Shown: piece by piece, positions 50,908-64,000 of the stretch
How the letters are laid out: each line of letters begins with the position of its first letter
Numbering within the stretch: the stretch's first letter is position 1
Source: the human T2T-CHM13v2.0 reference genome, Homo sapiens
Length of the DNA stretch: 64,000 bases
Reading direction: 5' to 3' (one strand)
Assembly: GCF_009914755.1 (NCBI RefSeq)
Contig: NC_060925.1
Translations under genes and position numbers: made by a program
Notes under the pieces: generated by a model
Databases searched by the model: none
What the model was told of the DNA's origin: nothing
What the model saw: only the letters and a program-made list of their open reading frames with translations

Positions 50908-51563
50908 TCCATCATGTTTTAACTAACCTTAACTTCTCCTCCTCTTTCTCCCTACCCAGTAACCACAGCTCCAACCCCACAACGTTTTGCTGTATGGAAC
51001 AGTGGTAGGAGGAGGTGAGAAAGGGGAAAGGAGATTAAAGGAAAAATTAACATTCAAGTGAGTGTACATCAGATACAAGTGAGCAATAAGAATCCAAGGT
51101 GTCCGGGAAAGAGGCAGAAATCACCCTACTTCATCTTCCCTCCTCTCCCCATGCCCACACCCAGTCAAGCCAGGCCCTGTGCTACAGATGGGCCTCAAGC
51201 TTTCCCACAAAAATAGGGCAAGACGTGAGTACACCAAAGCATGCTACTGTGCCCAAACAAACCTTAAATACAAACCATTTCTTATTTCTTATTGTAACTT
51301 ATTATTTCTCATTATCTCTTATTATTAATATGTTAATTTATTATTAATAAGAGTTACTTATTGTAACTCTCTTATTTCTCATTGTAACTGCTGAACTACA
51401 ATTTGTTGTCAGGATCTTTTTGCTTTAACTTTGGGTTGTCAGCAAAGGAAGCGTACAACTTGAAAATGTGCAAGTGACAATGTTCTCTTTGAAAGCATGC
51501 AGTGGGCACTGTCACGTCCCCAGTGTGCCTTCCGACAGTGTGTGTGCATGCTCAGTGGCTTAC

Positions 51564-51709
51564 CGATCAAGTAATGCCAGCAAGGTCAGTCGATCATACC
51601 AGACTTTAATCCACTTGCCAGGGAAAATGATAAATTTGTAAAACTGCTCTCGGTTAAATTTTCCTTGTGTTGAAGAACATGACGAGGCTTCCAGATCCTG
51701 ACTCACATG
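51564..51709 (-). CDS. PCNX2: PCNX2 coding exon, 146 nt (HVSQDLEASSCSSTQGKFNREQFYKFIIFPGKWIKVWYDRLTLLALLD-R)
   Basis: Acceptor TTTCTTTTGGTATCTAAAAG|CAT; donor CG|GTAAGC; pecanex DRL.LLALLDR motif; absent from the ORF track. Confidence 0.93.
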
Positions 51710-52682
51710 CTTTTAGATACCAAAAGAAACAACAGAAAAAAGGGCTTTATGTTGTCATGGCATGGCCACAAATATATATATATATGTATACACACACACA
51801 CATATATATGTACACCATAATTTAAAAATACAAAAAGCAAATGTTCAAATTCTGATATGTAAACCAACATATTTCATTCAAACTAAATACTCTAAGAAAA
51901 GGATAATGATCAACAAAAAGCGCTTTTCTTACCAACATACTTCAATTTCTTTACAACGTACCATTAAAATTCTGCTACTCATCACATCAAAATGCTACTG
52001 CTCATTAAGGCCAAGAAACTGCTATAAAAATAGTTCTTATGAAAAGTAGGAATTCAATAAAAGATCTTAAATGACTTCATTTCTGAAAAGTGTGTTAATG
52101 TTGAGATACATATTCAAATTTTACTAAGAGTAAAAAGATTTTCATTGGCAATATCTAGGTTATTGGTGAAGCCTGCTATAAGAAAAACTGAAATATTTAT
52201 TGAAAAAATCTAAATCATTAAAACTAAAATGTGGAGAAATTTAGACCCAGATAGTAAAAGTTTTAACCCCTAATTCATCTCTTATTAGCTCTAATTCAGT
52301 GGAAAAGAATTCAATTTTGAAAAAAAAAAATTAGTCTTCATTGATTTGTCTATCAAATACTTAATGAGGGATTCTTAGGAGCCTGGAACAAGGTTGGGAA
52401 CACGCAGTTTTCCATGTAGTCCCCCTAGTGAAGATGTTGGTAATAGAATGTGTTTAGTTAATCCTAACAGTGAGGTCCCAGATGAAGTGGAGAGCCTCCT
52501 ATTGGACATCCCACCTGTGTTTTGTTTCCCGTTCTCCGTGTACAGAAGCTGTTAAAACCAAAGCTCCCATGCAGCTCCTCCTTCATTGTTTGACCGTTTG
52601 CTTGTCACTTCTTGCTACTATCTTAAGCCTTCTCTAGATACCCCAGCCCCCTGCAGAGCTTCTATTTCTAACCTCTATATAT

Positions 52683-53185
52683 CTTTAATTGTGGGTGAAA
52701 AACAAATATCATAAAATTTACCATCATAACCATTTTAAGTGTAAAATTCAATAGTGTTAACCATATTCACACTGTTGTGCAACAGATCTCTGGAACCTTT
52801 CATCCTGCAAAACTGAAACCCCAACTCCCCATTTACCCTCCCCCCAGCCTCTGGTAACCACTTTTAGGTACCTCATGTAAGTGAGATCACACAGTAGTTG
52901 AACCTTTTTGTGACTGGCTTATTCCACTCGGCATAGTGTCCTCAAGCTTCATCCATGTTGTAGCATGTGTCAGAATTTCCCTTCTTTTTAAGGCTGAATA
53001 ATACTCCTTGTATGTCTGTATCACGTTTTGTTAATCCACTAATCTGTCAATGGATATTGAAGTTGCTTCCACCCTTTGGCTTTTGTGAATAATGCTGCTA
53101 GGAGCACAGGTGTGCAAATATCTCTTCGAGCTCCTGCTTTCAATTCTTTTGGATATACACTCAGAAATAGAATTGCTGGATTATT
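52683..53185 (-). mobile_element. L1MB-type 3' fragment
   Basis: CATAAAATTTACCATC.TAACCATTTTAAGTGTA..TCATCCATGTTGTAGCATGTGTCAGAATTTCC. Confidence 0.8.
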
Positions 53186-53433
53186 CTAATCCGTATTTTT
53201 GTTTGGTTTTGCCTTGCACTTTTCCAACATGGATTTAAGGTTATGATTTCCTCTAGGCTGACAAATATAAGACACAGGAGATTAAAAAGAAGGGCAAAGA
53301 CAAGAAAGGGATGAGTATGGGACAAAGAGCAGCGGTGGAGGTGACATTGGCTTTTAAAGGACTTCTACATTTGTCTTTGGCTTACAAAGCACAAGGTTAT
53401 ACATGGGCAGACAGCACAACTTTTTTCCTAACT

Positions 53434-54940
53434 TAGGAGAAGTCACTGATGTCAAAGTGCCTGGCATGCATTCATTAGAGGCCACAGCAGAACTCTCCAA
53501 GAAAGCAAATTTTACCATCTCTCCATTTCCAGATGCTAATCTGCTTACTCAGCCTATGGAAAATGGAGTTATTCCGGATATCAAATATTAATGCAAAAGG
53601 CATCTGAAGGGAAAGTTGATCTATCATGAAGGCAATATACAGGATGAGTTGGACTGAATGATAACAGTAAAGTTGAGATTGTAAGTGCTACTTGTGCCTG
53701 GAATTCTATTTCAACACAGAAGAGAGCTTTGCGGAAACTGCCTGGTGTCATCTCAGCAGGAACAGCTTCTTTGCATGATGATGAACTTGTGGTTTATAGT
53801 AAACCTCCCCCGACAAAGGAGTCCTTTTCCTTGAAGCCACATGGACAAACAGTGTAAATAAGAATCAGGTGCACAGGAGCCCATGGTTTACTGTCCTTGT
53901 TATGTAAGAATCCATGTATGAGGCATAAACAGGTCAAGGGTAAGCAAGAGCTGAGAGCATTCCTTCCAATAGGAGAAAAATGCCTTCTTAAAGCGGGGTT
54001 TCATATGATACCCTTAGCTGTTAGGAAAAGTCAGTATCTAAAAAATTACATGAAGACTATGCCTGCATCTTTTTAAAAACTTATTAAAGATTCCAGCATA
54101 CTGTGCTGTTTATTGCTGCTTAAATGAAAATCCTTGCTTAAAAAAAAAACCTCCTCAAAAATTAATGAAAAAAAGAAATGATTTCACTTCTTTTATGGGA
54201 AAAAAAGGTTCATAGAATTTTATTTTTTTGCCTTAGATATCAAAGAAGCCCAGAGTTACATGTTTTGGTGAGTAACAACAATTATTCTTGGCCTATTTTC
54301 TGGTACCAAATTCAAATTCAAATATTTCTCATCATTTTAATATCATTCATGTTTTCACTGATTGAACAAAATACTTATTGTGTAGGTTATATAAACCAAA
54401 TGCTATATGTAATATATGTTGAAAACTGAAAACATAACAAGAGAGAGTTTCTACCTTACAGGGGTTTAGAAATTTCTGGGAATAGGCAAGCAAACCAGTC
54501 ATGATAACATCATCACACATGCATAAATGTATCCACATCTGTATCTATGTATGGAGAGAGAAGTGAGTCACGAGAGAGTGTAGGACTGACATCCTGGGAG
54601 AAGGCATGGAGTAAAGGGGTCTTGGGCATTCCCTGGAGTGCATCAACAATTAAGGGGCTTGCGTAAGTGAGGACCCTCAGTGGAGTCTGAGAAGGAGTTT
54701 CATATTCATCACTTTTATCTTTCACTGTAAGTGATCTAAATAATGAAAAAAAATGAATGCATGGACAAACTGACAAAAAAAAAGATGTTTATGTCTCTGA
54801 TTCATTAAGCCTTGCCAAAGAATAGGGGAAGTCACTGATGTCAAAGTGCCTGGCATGCATGAGGGCAGTGCAGCTGCTTCATTAAATGCCACTGCAGAAC
54901 TCTCCAAGAAAGCAAATTTTACCATCTCTCCATTGCCCAG
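53434..54940 (+). repeat. Dispersed direct repeat (53434-53532 and 54823-54940)
   Basis: GAAGTCACTGATGTCAAAGTGCCTGGCATGCAT and GCAGAACTCTCCAAGAAAGCAAATTTTACCATCTCTCCATT occur in both copies. Confidence 0.95.
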
Positions 54941-56523
54941 TAAGTTGGGCCTGCAAGTTTAATTCTATTATTCTGAGAAAGAGCTTAGGAAAAGCGAGGA
55001 CAAAGGAAAGGATAAAAGTTGAACTTAGGTTCTTTTTAAAAAACAAGATAATTGCATTTACACACACTCCCCATATGGATTAGTGTTTATATCATAATAT
55101 CCAGTGTTCATTTAATGAATTTGAATTATCAAGAACAACTTACATTATTATCAGTATATTCTTCTTAAGAAGGCAGGGAAGGATAGGGTACCTTTTAGAA
55201 ATATTTTTGGTGGAATTTTTGAAATCTAAGAATAAAAGACTATGTCTTCTGAGATACCTGAGAAATTCTACTGTTCAAATAATGCTACTTTCAAGAGTTC
55301 CAGATAACAAATAAGATTTTTTGATGATATTAGTAATTGCCACCAACTAGTAAAGTCATAATTTTGCCATATATTATCTCTAATCCTTAAAAGATCACAA
55401 TAGCTCAGTTTTCTAAAAGAAACTGAGGCTCTGAGAGATTAGGCCACTGGCCCAAGGTCCTAGATTAGGAAGAGATTTGCTGGAAGCCAAAGTCTGGGCT
55501 CTTTCTACAATCATGCTTAAGGGGGCCCAGGTGAATCAACACATCAAGCAGTGCTCATCAGTAAAGAGAAAGCTACCTTCACAGCAAAACAAATAGAGTT
55601 CAAGAGATAATACATATAGTCTCATTGTGAGAGAACAAGTTAACAACACAAATTTGAAAAGCAAACTAGATAATGGAAACTGGCAAAAATAAGATGAGGA
55701 ATAATGAGTTACAAATAAAAAGTTATTTAAAACAAACAAAGTCAGATTTGTGATTTTGAGAATGAACCATATCTAATAAAAACGAAAACAGATAATAGGC
55801 CCTGTTATGTGAAAGAGAGTAAGTGATCAGCTCTATAGAACCTCCCCAAAGTCAGAACAGGCACAGATGGTTTTAAATTATTGGCCTGTTTTCTTGGGGG
55901 GTGGATATTGAAAATAATTAGAGGTTCTCAGCTTCTCAGAACGTATCTGTAGATTTTACCTGAAAGGGCAGGGGATAGGGAGAAGGAGTAGAAGAGTGAA
56001 CAGTAGACAGAAGAAAAAGTGGTCCTTTGGGGAACTACGTGTAACTCCTAACAGCTATCAAACTCAGCACTGGGAAGGCAGGGTTGGTAGGGACTCTGGT
56101 GTTAGAAATAGAATTTTGAGAAATCACAGAGTGGCTGCCAAGGAGGATGTGAGCATTGGAGACCCTAATAGTGACAAAAGGACAACTAGGAAGGAACACT
56201 GGGTCAGGGTCCCTTCAACACCCCAAGTTCCAGTACTCTCTGCACTGCAGTTTCCTTAGATATTCAACCCCCAGATGAAATAATGCCTAACCTGAAGACT
56301 TCTCTTAAAGATAAAATGACATCAAATATGAGAGTACCTAGCCCAGTGCCATGCACATAACTTGTGTTCAAAACATACAAGTGGAATGTGAATTATAACT
56401 GGATGTGAGCAAAACTTTGAGGGATAAAACATATTTTTTTAAAAGTAGAATTATCCTATTATAACAGTGGCTATGTTTAGCAGCCAAAATTAATAACAAA
56501 TCATGTAGATTCTAAACCTATTA

Positions 56524-56838
56524 CAGATAGTCTCTGACTTACAATGGTTCAACTTATGATTTTTTAACTTTACAATACTATGAAAGTGATAAGCATTCAG
56601 TAGAACATCAATAAATGATATGAGATATTCAATACTTTATTACAAAATAGGCTTTGTATTTGATGATTTTGCCCAGCTGTTGGCTAATGTAAGTGTTCTG
56701 AGCATGTTTAAGGCAGGCCAGGGTAAGCTATGATATTCAGTAGGTTAGATGTATTAAATGCATTTTCAACTTACGATATTTTCAACTTATGATGGATTTA
56801 TAGGGACATAAACCCATTCTAAGTTGAGGAACATCCAT
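56524..56838 (-). mobile_element. Tigger4/MER46-like TcMar DNA transposon (MITE)
   Basis: TA-flanked degenerate TIRs CAGATAGTCTCTGACTTA / TAAGTTGAGGAACATCCA; internal TTTTCAACTTACGAT repeats. Confidence 0.75.
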
Positions 56839-57760
56839 ATTTAAATGAACTTCTGAACATGATAAGTGAAAAAGATGCAAATGTTACTTTTTCTTTTTAA
56901 AGTATTAATATACTTTCAAATAAATGAATATGTATGATGAAAAATAAATGTTACGATATTATAATTGATGTCTCCTCTTTTTCATCTCCATAATTATTTC
57001 AATTGTTTCATCTTTTAGTAAATGCCAATATTCTTATGAGTTCTTGTTAATGTTTTAATGATAGTAAATTGTGATGTAAATGCTACCTTTATATCTACCT
57101 AGAATAACAGTCAGCCAGGCCTAGCACTGTGCTTATCTTTGCAATTCTCACCAATTCTCATCAGTTTAGGACCAATGCAATGCTTGACCGTCATGCTATC
57201 CATAATGATAATAATAATAATAATGCCACTATCATAGACTTGCATAGAGCTTTAGAGTTTACAAAACACTTTCACATACAATACTATCTCATTTTTTAAT
57301 GTAAGACAAGCTGAATGAGTTGGAGACCATATCCAGGTGAGAGTAAATGGAAGCGGAAAATGCTGTATTCCTACAGATCCTATGCTGCCCTTGGGTAGAC
57401 TGCACCTGCCTCTCAACCAGCAGTGTAATAAGCAAAATGTTTCAAGGTGATTGCCCAGGTACTGGCCCATAACATATTGGGACAATGTAAGATTTTAAAA
57501 ACCATGGTAATGAGTCTACAGAATATACTCTGTGGGGTTAGAAGCACATGATGGATAAACTTAGTGACAGAGAAGTACCAGTTTATAACATGGATTCATG
57601 CAACATTTTTAATTGGTAATATTCAAAACCCCTGAATGCCAATCTTGAGTTCAAACAACAGGTTTTCACCAATTCCAACCATGCCCCAAGCTCTGCCCTT
57701 CCCTTTGTGCTTGAGAGCTAAACTCTACAGCTATGACAATGAAAAATAACCTCCTCTTCT

Positions 57761-57762
<2 letters not shown>

Positions 57763-57809
<47 letters not shown>
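57763..57809. repeat. (TG)n microsatellite, about 23 units
   Basis: Direct reading. Confidence 0.97.
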
Positions 57810-57811
<2 letters not shown>

Positions 57812-58149
57812 TTTAAGTGACCAGCCCTTTATAAAAGTGACAGCCCTTTCTGGGAGCTCCCCTTTCAGGGACACTTCATTCCCTACACACACACTGTATT
57901 TGTACCAGGGAGGAATTTCAGACAAGTCTTCCTCTGGCCTTGGCTCACCTCCTGACCACCCGCCCATTAGAGCCTGCAGAATTCCATCCTTTACTAGAAA
58001 GAGCTTGCAGAACATTGCGGGGGAAGCACTCCCAGAGCTCGTGTGCTGCACTTGAAGGAGAGAGGCAGGGAGGATGGGGGAAGGAGGGGATTAAAGTCTT
58101 GTCTTCCGAGCCTTATCTCCTGCTTGCTTTTGCTAGTCTCTTCTGAGAA

Positions 58150-58540
58150 ATAGCTCCCCTGTGCCTCCAGGCTCCAGTAACACTGAGCACACCTGCTTTC
58201 AGCCTCACCTCCAGGCCCCTTTGGCCAGGTCGTTTCTCTGTCTAGATAGTCTTATCTCCTTTTATTTGGTTAACTCCAACTCATCCTCCACATTTCAGCT
58301 GAGGTGTCACCTTGCTGAGGAAGCCTCTCTGATCCCCTATTTCCTGGCCTGGAGCTTTTCCTGTGTCCCACACCACCAGAGCCTATTCTAATCAGAATTT
58401 CTGTTGTATAGAGTTGAATTGGTTGACTGGCTGTTAAACTTCTTGTAGGCAGGGACTGAGTCTTTTCACCATTGTATACCCAGCTTCTAGCACAAAACTG
58501 CAGGCATAGCCAGCCTACAGCAAATATTTGTTGGATAATG
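58150..58540 (+). mobile_element. L2 3' fragment
   Basis: GGCAGGGACTG.GTCTT..TATACCCAGC.TCTAGCACA..GGCATAG..AAATATTTGTTG. Confidence 0.65.
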
Positions 58541-59628
58541 ACAAGAAAACCTATTTAATTTTTATTTTGTGGCTGAAACGTAATTTAATTTCCTGGTGAT
58601 ATCAATTATATTTAGAAATCAAATAGTAGAACTACATTATTTTCCCAGTATGAGACTTTGTAAATATTTTCTTAGGGTCTAAACATGAGCCTGGTTAGCA
58701 ATCTTCGTTTTTCCTCCTCCATACCCATATATATTAGAATATAGAACTTTAAAATTTTTTACTTAAAGTTTAAATGGTTGAAGCAATGAATTTGGTTAAG
58801 TGTCTAACAATAAAACGCTACAGATGAGTTGAGTTTTTATGCATCATCGTGACATTTATAGGATTACAAATGTAAAATAAGGAATGGCAGGACTATTTCT
58901 GATTTATTCTTGCAGTATTTACTTATTTTCAAGTTTCTGCTCTAACGGGGATATTTTTGAGATATTAAATCAATGGATGTATACATTTGATAATCTAAAG
59001 TTTCTAGTTTCCTCTAGCTCTTCTACTCATGAAATCAATGGCATTCACATCTTCCCAAGCTATCCTGATACTTTCATGGAACCTTCTTGAAGGTTCAACA
59101 CTAATGTTCTGGAGGGTGGTAGGGAGTTAGCACTTCCGGGCTTATCTCAGGGGAAAATGCAAGTCCCTCAGGAAAGCCCGTATTCCACAGGGCCCCCACA
59201 TACTAGGGCTGTGGTGAGAACTACATACTGGCAGCTGGGGGTGGGGCTGGGCAGAGCTCACAGACCTTGTACGGGCTGACAGTGTGTGCAGAACACAGCT
59301 AGGGCAAATGGCAGGGTCTCCGGTGGTCAGTGAGTGGCAGATCCAGCACCTCACCCAAACCAGGCAGGTACAACACACAGTACACCCGGTGACTGGACTA
59401 AGGGGATGCTCCCCTCCTCAGAAGTGCCCCTCTCAGGTCCACTTCCACCCACAGGTTTAGGAATCCTATCCCTAACACACAGAGGCCCTGGAAAGGAGGA
59501 GGAGGAGAGCCTGAATACATGAAAGGGAAGAGAATAAACAGTCCCAAAAGACTGATTCTTTGAATAAATTAAACACTTGTTCACACACAAACTCCAAGAC
59601 TGAAAGGGCTGAGTTACCCTAATTAGCA

Positions 59629-59806
<178 letters not shown>

Positions 59807-59933
59807 TAAGTCATCCCTACACTCCCCACATCAACAGGTATAAGAGCTCAGAGCAATATGTGGTCAGCTAAAAGGTAACTCAACATTTTCTTTGCACAGC
59901 TGGGTAATGGTGTATAAATTTCAACCCAATGTA

Positions 59934-60241
59934 TTTTGTGTTTGTTTGTTTGTTTGTTTGAGACAGAGTCTCGCTCTGTTGCCCAGGTTGGAGTGCAGTG
60001 GCACGACCTTGGCTGATTGCAACCTCCGCCTCCTGAGTTCAAGCAATTCTCGTGCCTCAGCCTCCCAAGTAGCTGGGACTACAGGCACGTGCCACCATGC
60101 CAGGCTAATGTTTCTATTTTTAGTAGAGATGGGGTCTTGCCATGTTGTCCAGGCTGGTCTTGAACCCCTGACCTCAGGTGATCCATCCACCTTGGCCTCC
60201 CAAAGTGCTGGGATTACAGGCGTGAGCCACTGCAGCCAGCC
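59934..60241 (-). mobile_element. AluS with (TTTG)n tail
   Basis: Reverse Alu dimer. Confidence 0.95.
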
Positions 60242-60289
60242 ACGTTGTATTGTTGAGCATCCTTTGGAAAAATGTGGCAAAGCAATCAT

Positions 60290-60291
60290 AA

Positions 60292-60334
<43 letters not shown>
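60290..60334. repeat. A11(TA)n microsatellite
   Basis: Direct reading. Confidence 0.95.
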
Positions 60335-60340
<6 letters not shown>

Positions 60341-61191
60341 TATTTTTTCAAAGATGAGCTTTTCTAGAATGAACTGAAACATTTCCAGGAAAAAGGTAAA
60401 CAGAAATAAAGAAACTTGACACTCACATGACATCATACCATCTACAATCCTCTTCTTTCCATCTGTACCAATGGAAACCAATCTTTCTTCAGGGCCTAAC
60501 CGAAGTATTTCTTCTTCTAAGAAGCCTTCCCCATTACCCCTCCTCCAAAATGCCCAAAATTGAATCTGCAGCTCTAACTTCATGTCTGCGTGTTTCACTA
60601 ACCTCCCATGTTATCTCTGGCTTTGAATCCTTGGCTCTGCCTCCCAAGAGTCTCATTAAAGGTCGACTGGATAAATGAATGAACATTAATAAGTTATCTC
60701 TTAGTAAAATAATGAAAGGCTTCACATTTTTAGACCTCTTGATGATAATGTTACTTGCCCCAAGAATAAAGTCTCCCTTTATGTCAAACATTTAAGAATC
60801 TTTGAATATTTAATATACAAGGCAATAATACATTAAAAAAAAAAAGATACTTTCCAAACCATGGGAGAAAAAGGCAACCTAATCCAGTGAGCTCTTGTGA
60901 GACTTATGCATCCTGGCAACCAAAAATCAATGTGCATGAATTTCTAATGCATTTGAAAAGCAACAGAGACAGTGGCAATCCTGTTAATATCAACCCAAGG
61001 TTAGCTGCTATCTATCTGATTTCCTTTCACATTCAGTCAGTAGACTGCCTTGCAGTGATATATCAACAACCCGTGATGCAAAATTCAGGGAAAGAGCTGA
61101 CTAATCCTGTCAAGTAATCCAACCTGGAAAAAGGTTTTAAGATCCCCTGTTTCCAGAACATCCACAAACAGCAATTCTGGAATGTACGTAC

Positions 61192-61327
61192 CCGTGGGGT
61201 TTCCGACTGGGTCCTGCGAGCCACCATCAGTAACAGCTGTTGCTGAAGGGCACTGACGGCAGGGTCCCCAGAAGACGGATCTTGACTCTCAGAAGTTGTG
61301 GTACTGGAGGAGCTGACCTGCATCTCT
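61192..61327 (-). CDS. PCNX2: PCNX2 coding exon, 136 nt (EMQVSSSSTTTSESQDPSSGDPAVSALQQQLLLMVARRTQSETPR)
   Basis: Acceptor TTTTGTTTTGCCCATCCTCAG|A; donor CGG|GTACGT; ends in phase 0, matching the next exon. Confidence 0.88.
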
Positions 61328-62755
61328 CTGAGGATGGGCAAAACAAAAGCTTTGGTTACCTGGTAATACCAGAAGTCATCTATTTATTATACACAAACAC
61401 AAGGACAATAGGAATGCCCAAAGCAGGTAGTGGATGAGACTTTACAACCTTACATAAACAGTTAAGAGTTTAAAATTATGTATACAAGGCTACCTTCAGG
61501 TAGAAGGTCAATTACCCTGCATACATTGAAATTACTCAGGCTACCCAGGGTTGCAGTGTGTCATAGGGCAGGTAGGTAGATGCCTGGTGTTCTACAGATG
61601 ACAACCTTAATTTTTTTAAATATTTAATGCCTGGGGAGGCCTTAGCAACAAGTTCTAGCCTCATATTTTGTAAAAACAAATAGTGGGCTTGATAATTCTC
61701 CAGACACCAACCAGGAAGAAACAGAGATGAACACCTCTGCTACCTAGCTGCATCTCCTCTCCACCACACCCCAAAGCAAGGTAAGTACTTATTAGACAAA
61801 AGAAATGTCTTGGGTAATTGATCAAGAGGACATGATGGAATTAGTTGTGATCTATATCTAAAATAGTTTTATCTTTAACCACACACAGATTGACAAGACT
61901 TAAATTAATAGTAAGCAATCTCATTTTTACAAAGGAAAAAATCCTGGCATTTTTTTCCTTTGCCTCAGAAAGCAAAAACTAGGACATACTTCTCTATCTG
62001 ATTTTCTAGTAGGGTATCTATAACTTTTAGGAGACAATGTTGGCTGCCTACTCAACAGGCATTTCTCACAGAATGTCTCCTAACATAACTCCATTTTATT
62101 AAGTCATCCAAGACTGTTGCTTTGGAAGAGACATGAGGTCCTTCCCTAGCCCCAGGGAAAAATCCTGGTCTTTAAGCCATTCGCCCTGGCCAGAGCTTGG
62201 CTTTGGAATGAGAAAGAAACACAACTCTAAGAGGTCACTGGGGAGCAAAGAAGAGTTGGCTGGGATTAAGAGAGCTCTCGGACAAATTTTTCTATAGTTC
62301 TTAAGTAGTAACAAAAGTAAAAGACAGTCTTTCTCCAGGCCTTTACATGATTCGTGAATAATAAATACTGCTATCGTGATGGACAAACTTGAGTACTGGA
62401 GAGCTGAGTGATGGAAGGGAACTAGTTTTTTGATGACAGCATTAAACCTCCGAATTCACCAACCTTGAACAGATCATACCTTTGGGCCTCTTGTGTTCTG
62501 GCATAATACATCTCATCGTGCAGCCCATTTTATTACAGAAGGTTACTTGTAGCCCAAATCACACTGTCTAACACAGGCTCCTTAAGAATGCAGATGCTAC
62601 AGTAACAAAATTCCCTTCTGATTTATAATCTACACCTTTCATGATAAAGTTTCTGACAATCTTTTGGATGTTTCTTTTTCCTAACTCCTTCCTATCATAT
62701 TCATAAACACACCAATAGTTATTCTGTGAGAATGGTGTTTAAAATACTGTCATAC

Positions 62756-63057
<302 letters not shown>

Positions 63058-64000
63058 GCAACTTTCATACACACATGTAAATAAACATAAACTTCAATAC
63101 ATTCAATAAAGTCTTCATATAAAGAACCGCTTAGGAAACATAACATGATGAAGTCAGGGTTTAGGACGTGAACCAGGTAGAGTAAGTACGTGGAGTTTGA
63201 AAACTTAAAAATCCTGTGCTTCCATTATTTAATGTTTGCTCCTAAAATAATGCTTTTCCTTCTTGTCTATATTAGTGGCATAATCTCTGTCGTTAACAGA
63301 GAAAAAGATTAGTTAGATTTATAAAAACAATGTTCATTCAAACTCTTCTGCGTTGTACGGAAGCCACTGAGTAATGTAACTCTGTCATTTCACATCGAAA
63401 TACAACAGAACTGAAATTGCAATGTTGACACAAATTCAGAGATATCTTAAACGGAGCACATGCCAGAACTTCACTACAAACAAAAGATTAAGCTAACTAC
63501 ATTGTAGGTAAGGTAGGTAATGATCATAAATAGGCAAGAGTGGGAAAAGAAATGTACGCTTCTGTGCAAAAAAGTAGAAGGTGTACAGCACCCTCTATCG
63601 CCAACTGAAATAAACTAAGAATTGACTACGACATAATGTGTAACGAATGGCTGTTTTAGAGCAGTCTTCCTCCTACTAAGGTGTCCTGCTAGGAAACATG
63701 ATACAAAGGAAGTGTCAATCAATACATATCAGCTTAATTTTTCCATATTTCTTAGTACATTTCAGACTGTAAAATAATAATAATAATAAACATCATTTTC
63801 CTATATAAGCCATTTAAATATCCTTTAAAAAATCTATGGGTTGATTTTCTATTTAAGATCTTTTGGGTCAGTTCTAGAATTAAACAGAACTAGGTTAAAG
63901 TATACTACTCACTATCTGTGACTATAAGCATGTTGTCTTCCTACCTTAAATCCTCCCTATTAAATCAGGAAGATATTTTCCTCGTAGGTATCATTGTGAA

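Noticed and set aside
59892-60377. 161-aa ORF and other Alu-frame ORFs (5495, 12893, 19175, 25150, 42536, 50599, 62719)
   Set aside because: Translations of Alu consensus and microsatellites

Overview
Primate (very probably human) genomic DNA lying wholly inside one large minus-strand gene, recognisable from its protein as pecanex 2 (PCNX2/PCNXL2). Nine internal coding exons (61192-61327, 51564-51709, 42380-42533, 42248-42280, 32870-33041, 24503-24613, 23292-23383, 3424-3533, 2160-2256; 1051 nt) splice in consistent phase into one open frame of about 350 codons. The frame runs from the end of a Ser-rich region into the multi-transmembrane region; neither start nor stop codon is in the window. 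The rest is intron packed with Alu, L1, L2, MIR, MaLR/ERV1 solo LTRs, DNA transposons and microsatellites, and most ORFs in the supplied track are Alu-, L1- or chance-derived. I see no evidence of a wholly new biological system. The most notable items are: a GC-AG intron before a 33-nt micro-exon; two LTR10 solo LTRs bracketing two coding exons, one carrying a triple p53 half-site array; an inverted L1PA pair truncated at almost the same point; an Alu-tail/U-tract hairpin at a 3' splice site; a chimeric AluS/AluY with a nested mini-L1; and several locally templated duplications. Repeat subfamily names are from recalled consensus sequences and need RepeatMasker/Dfam confirmation.
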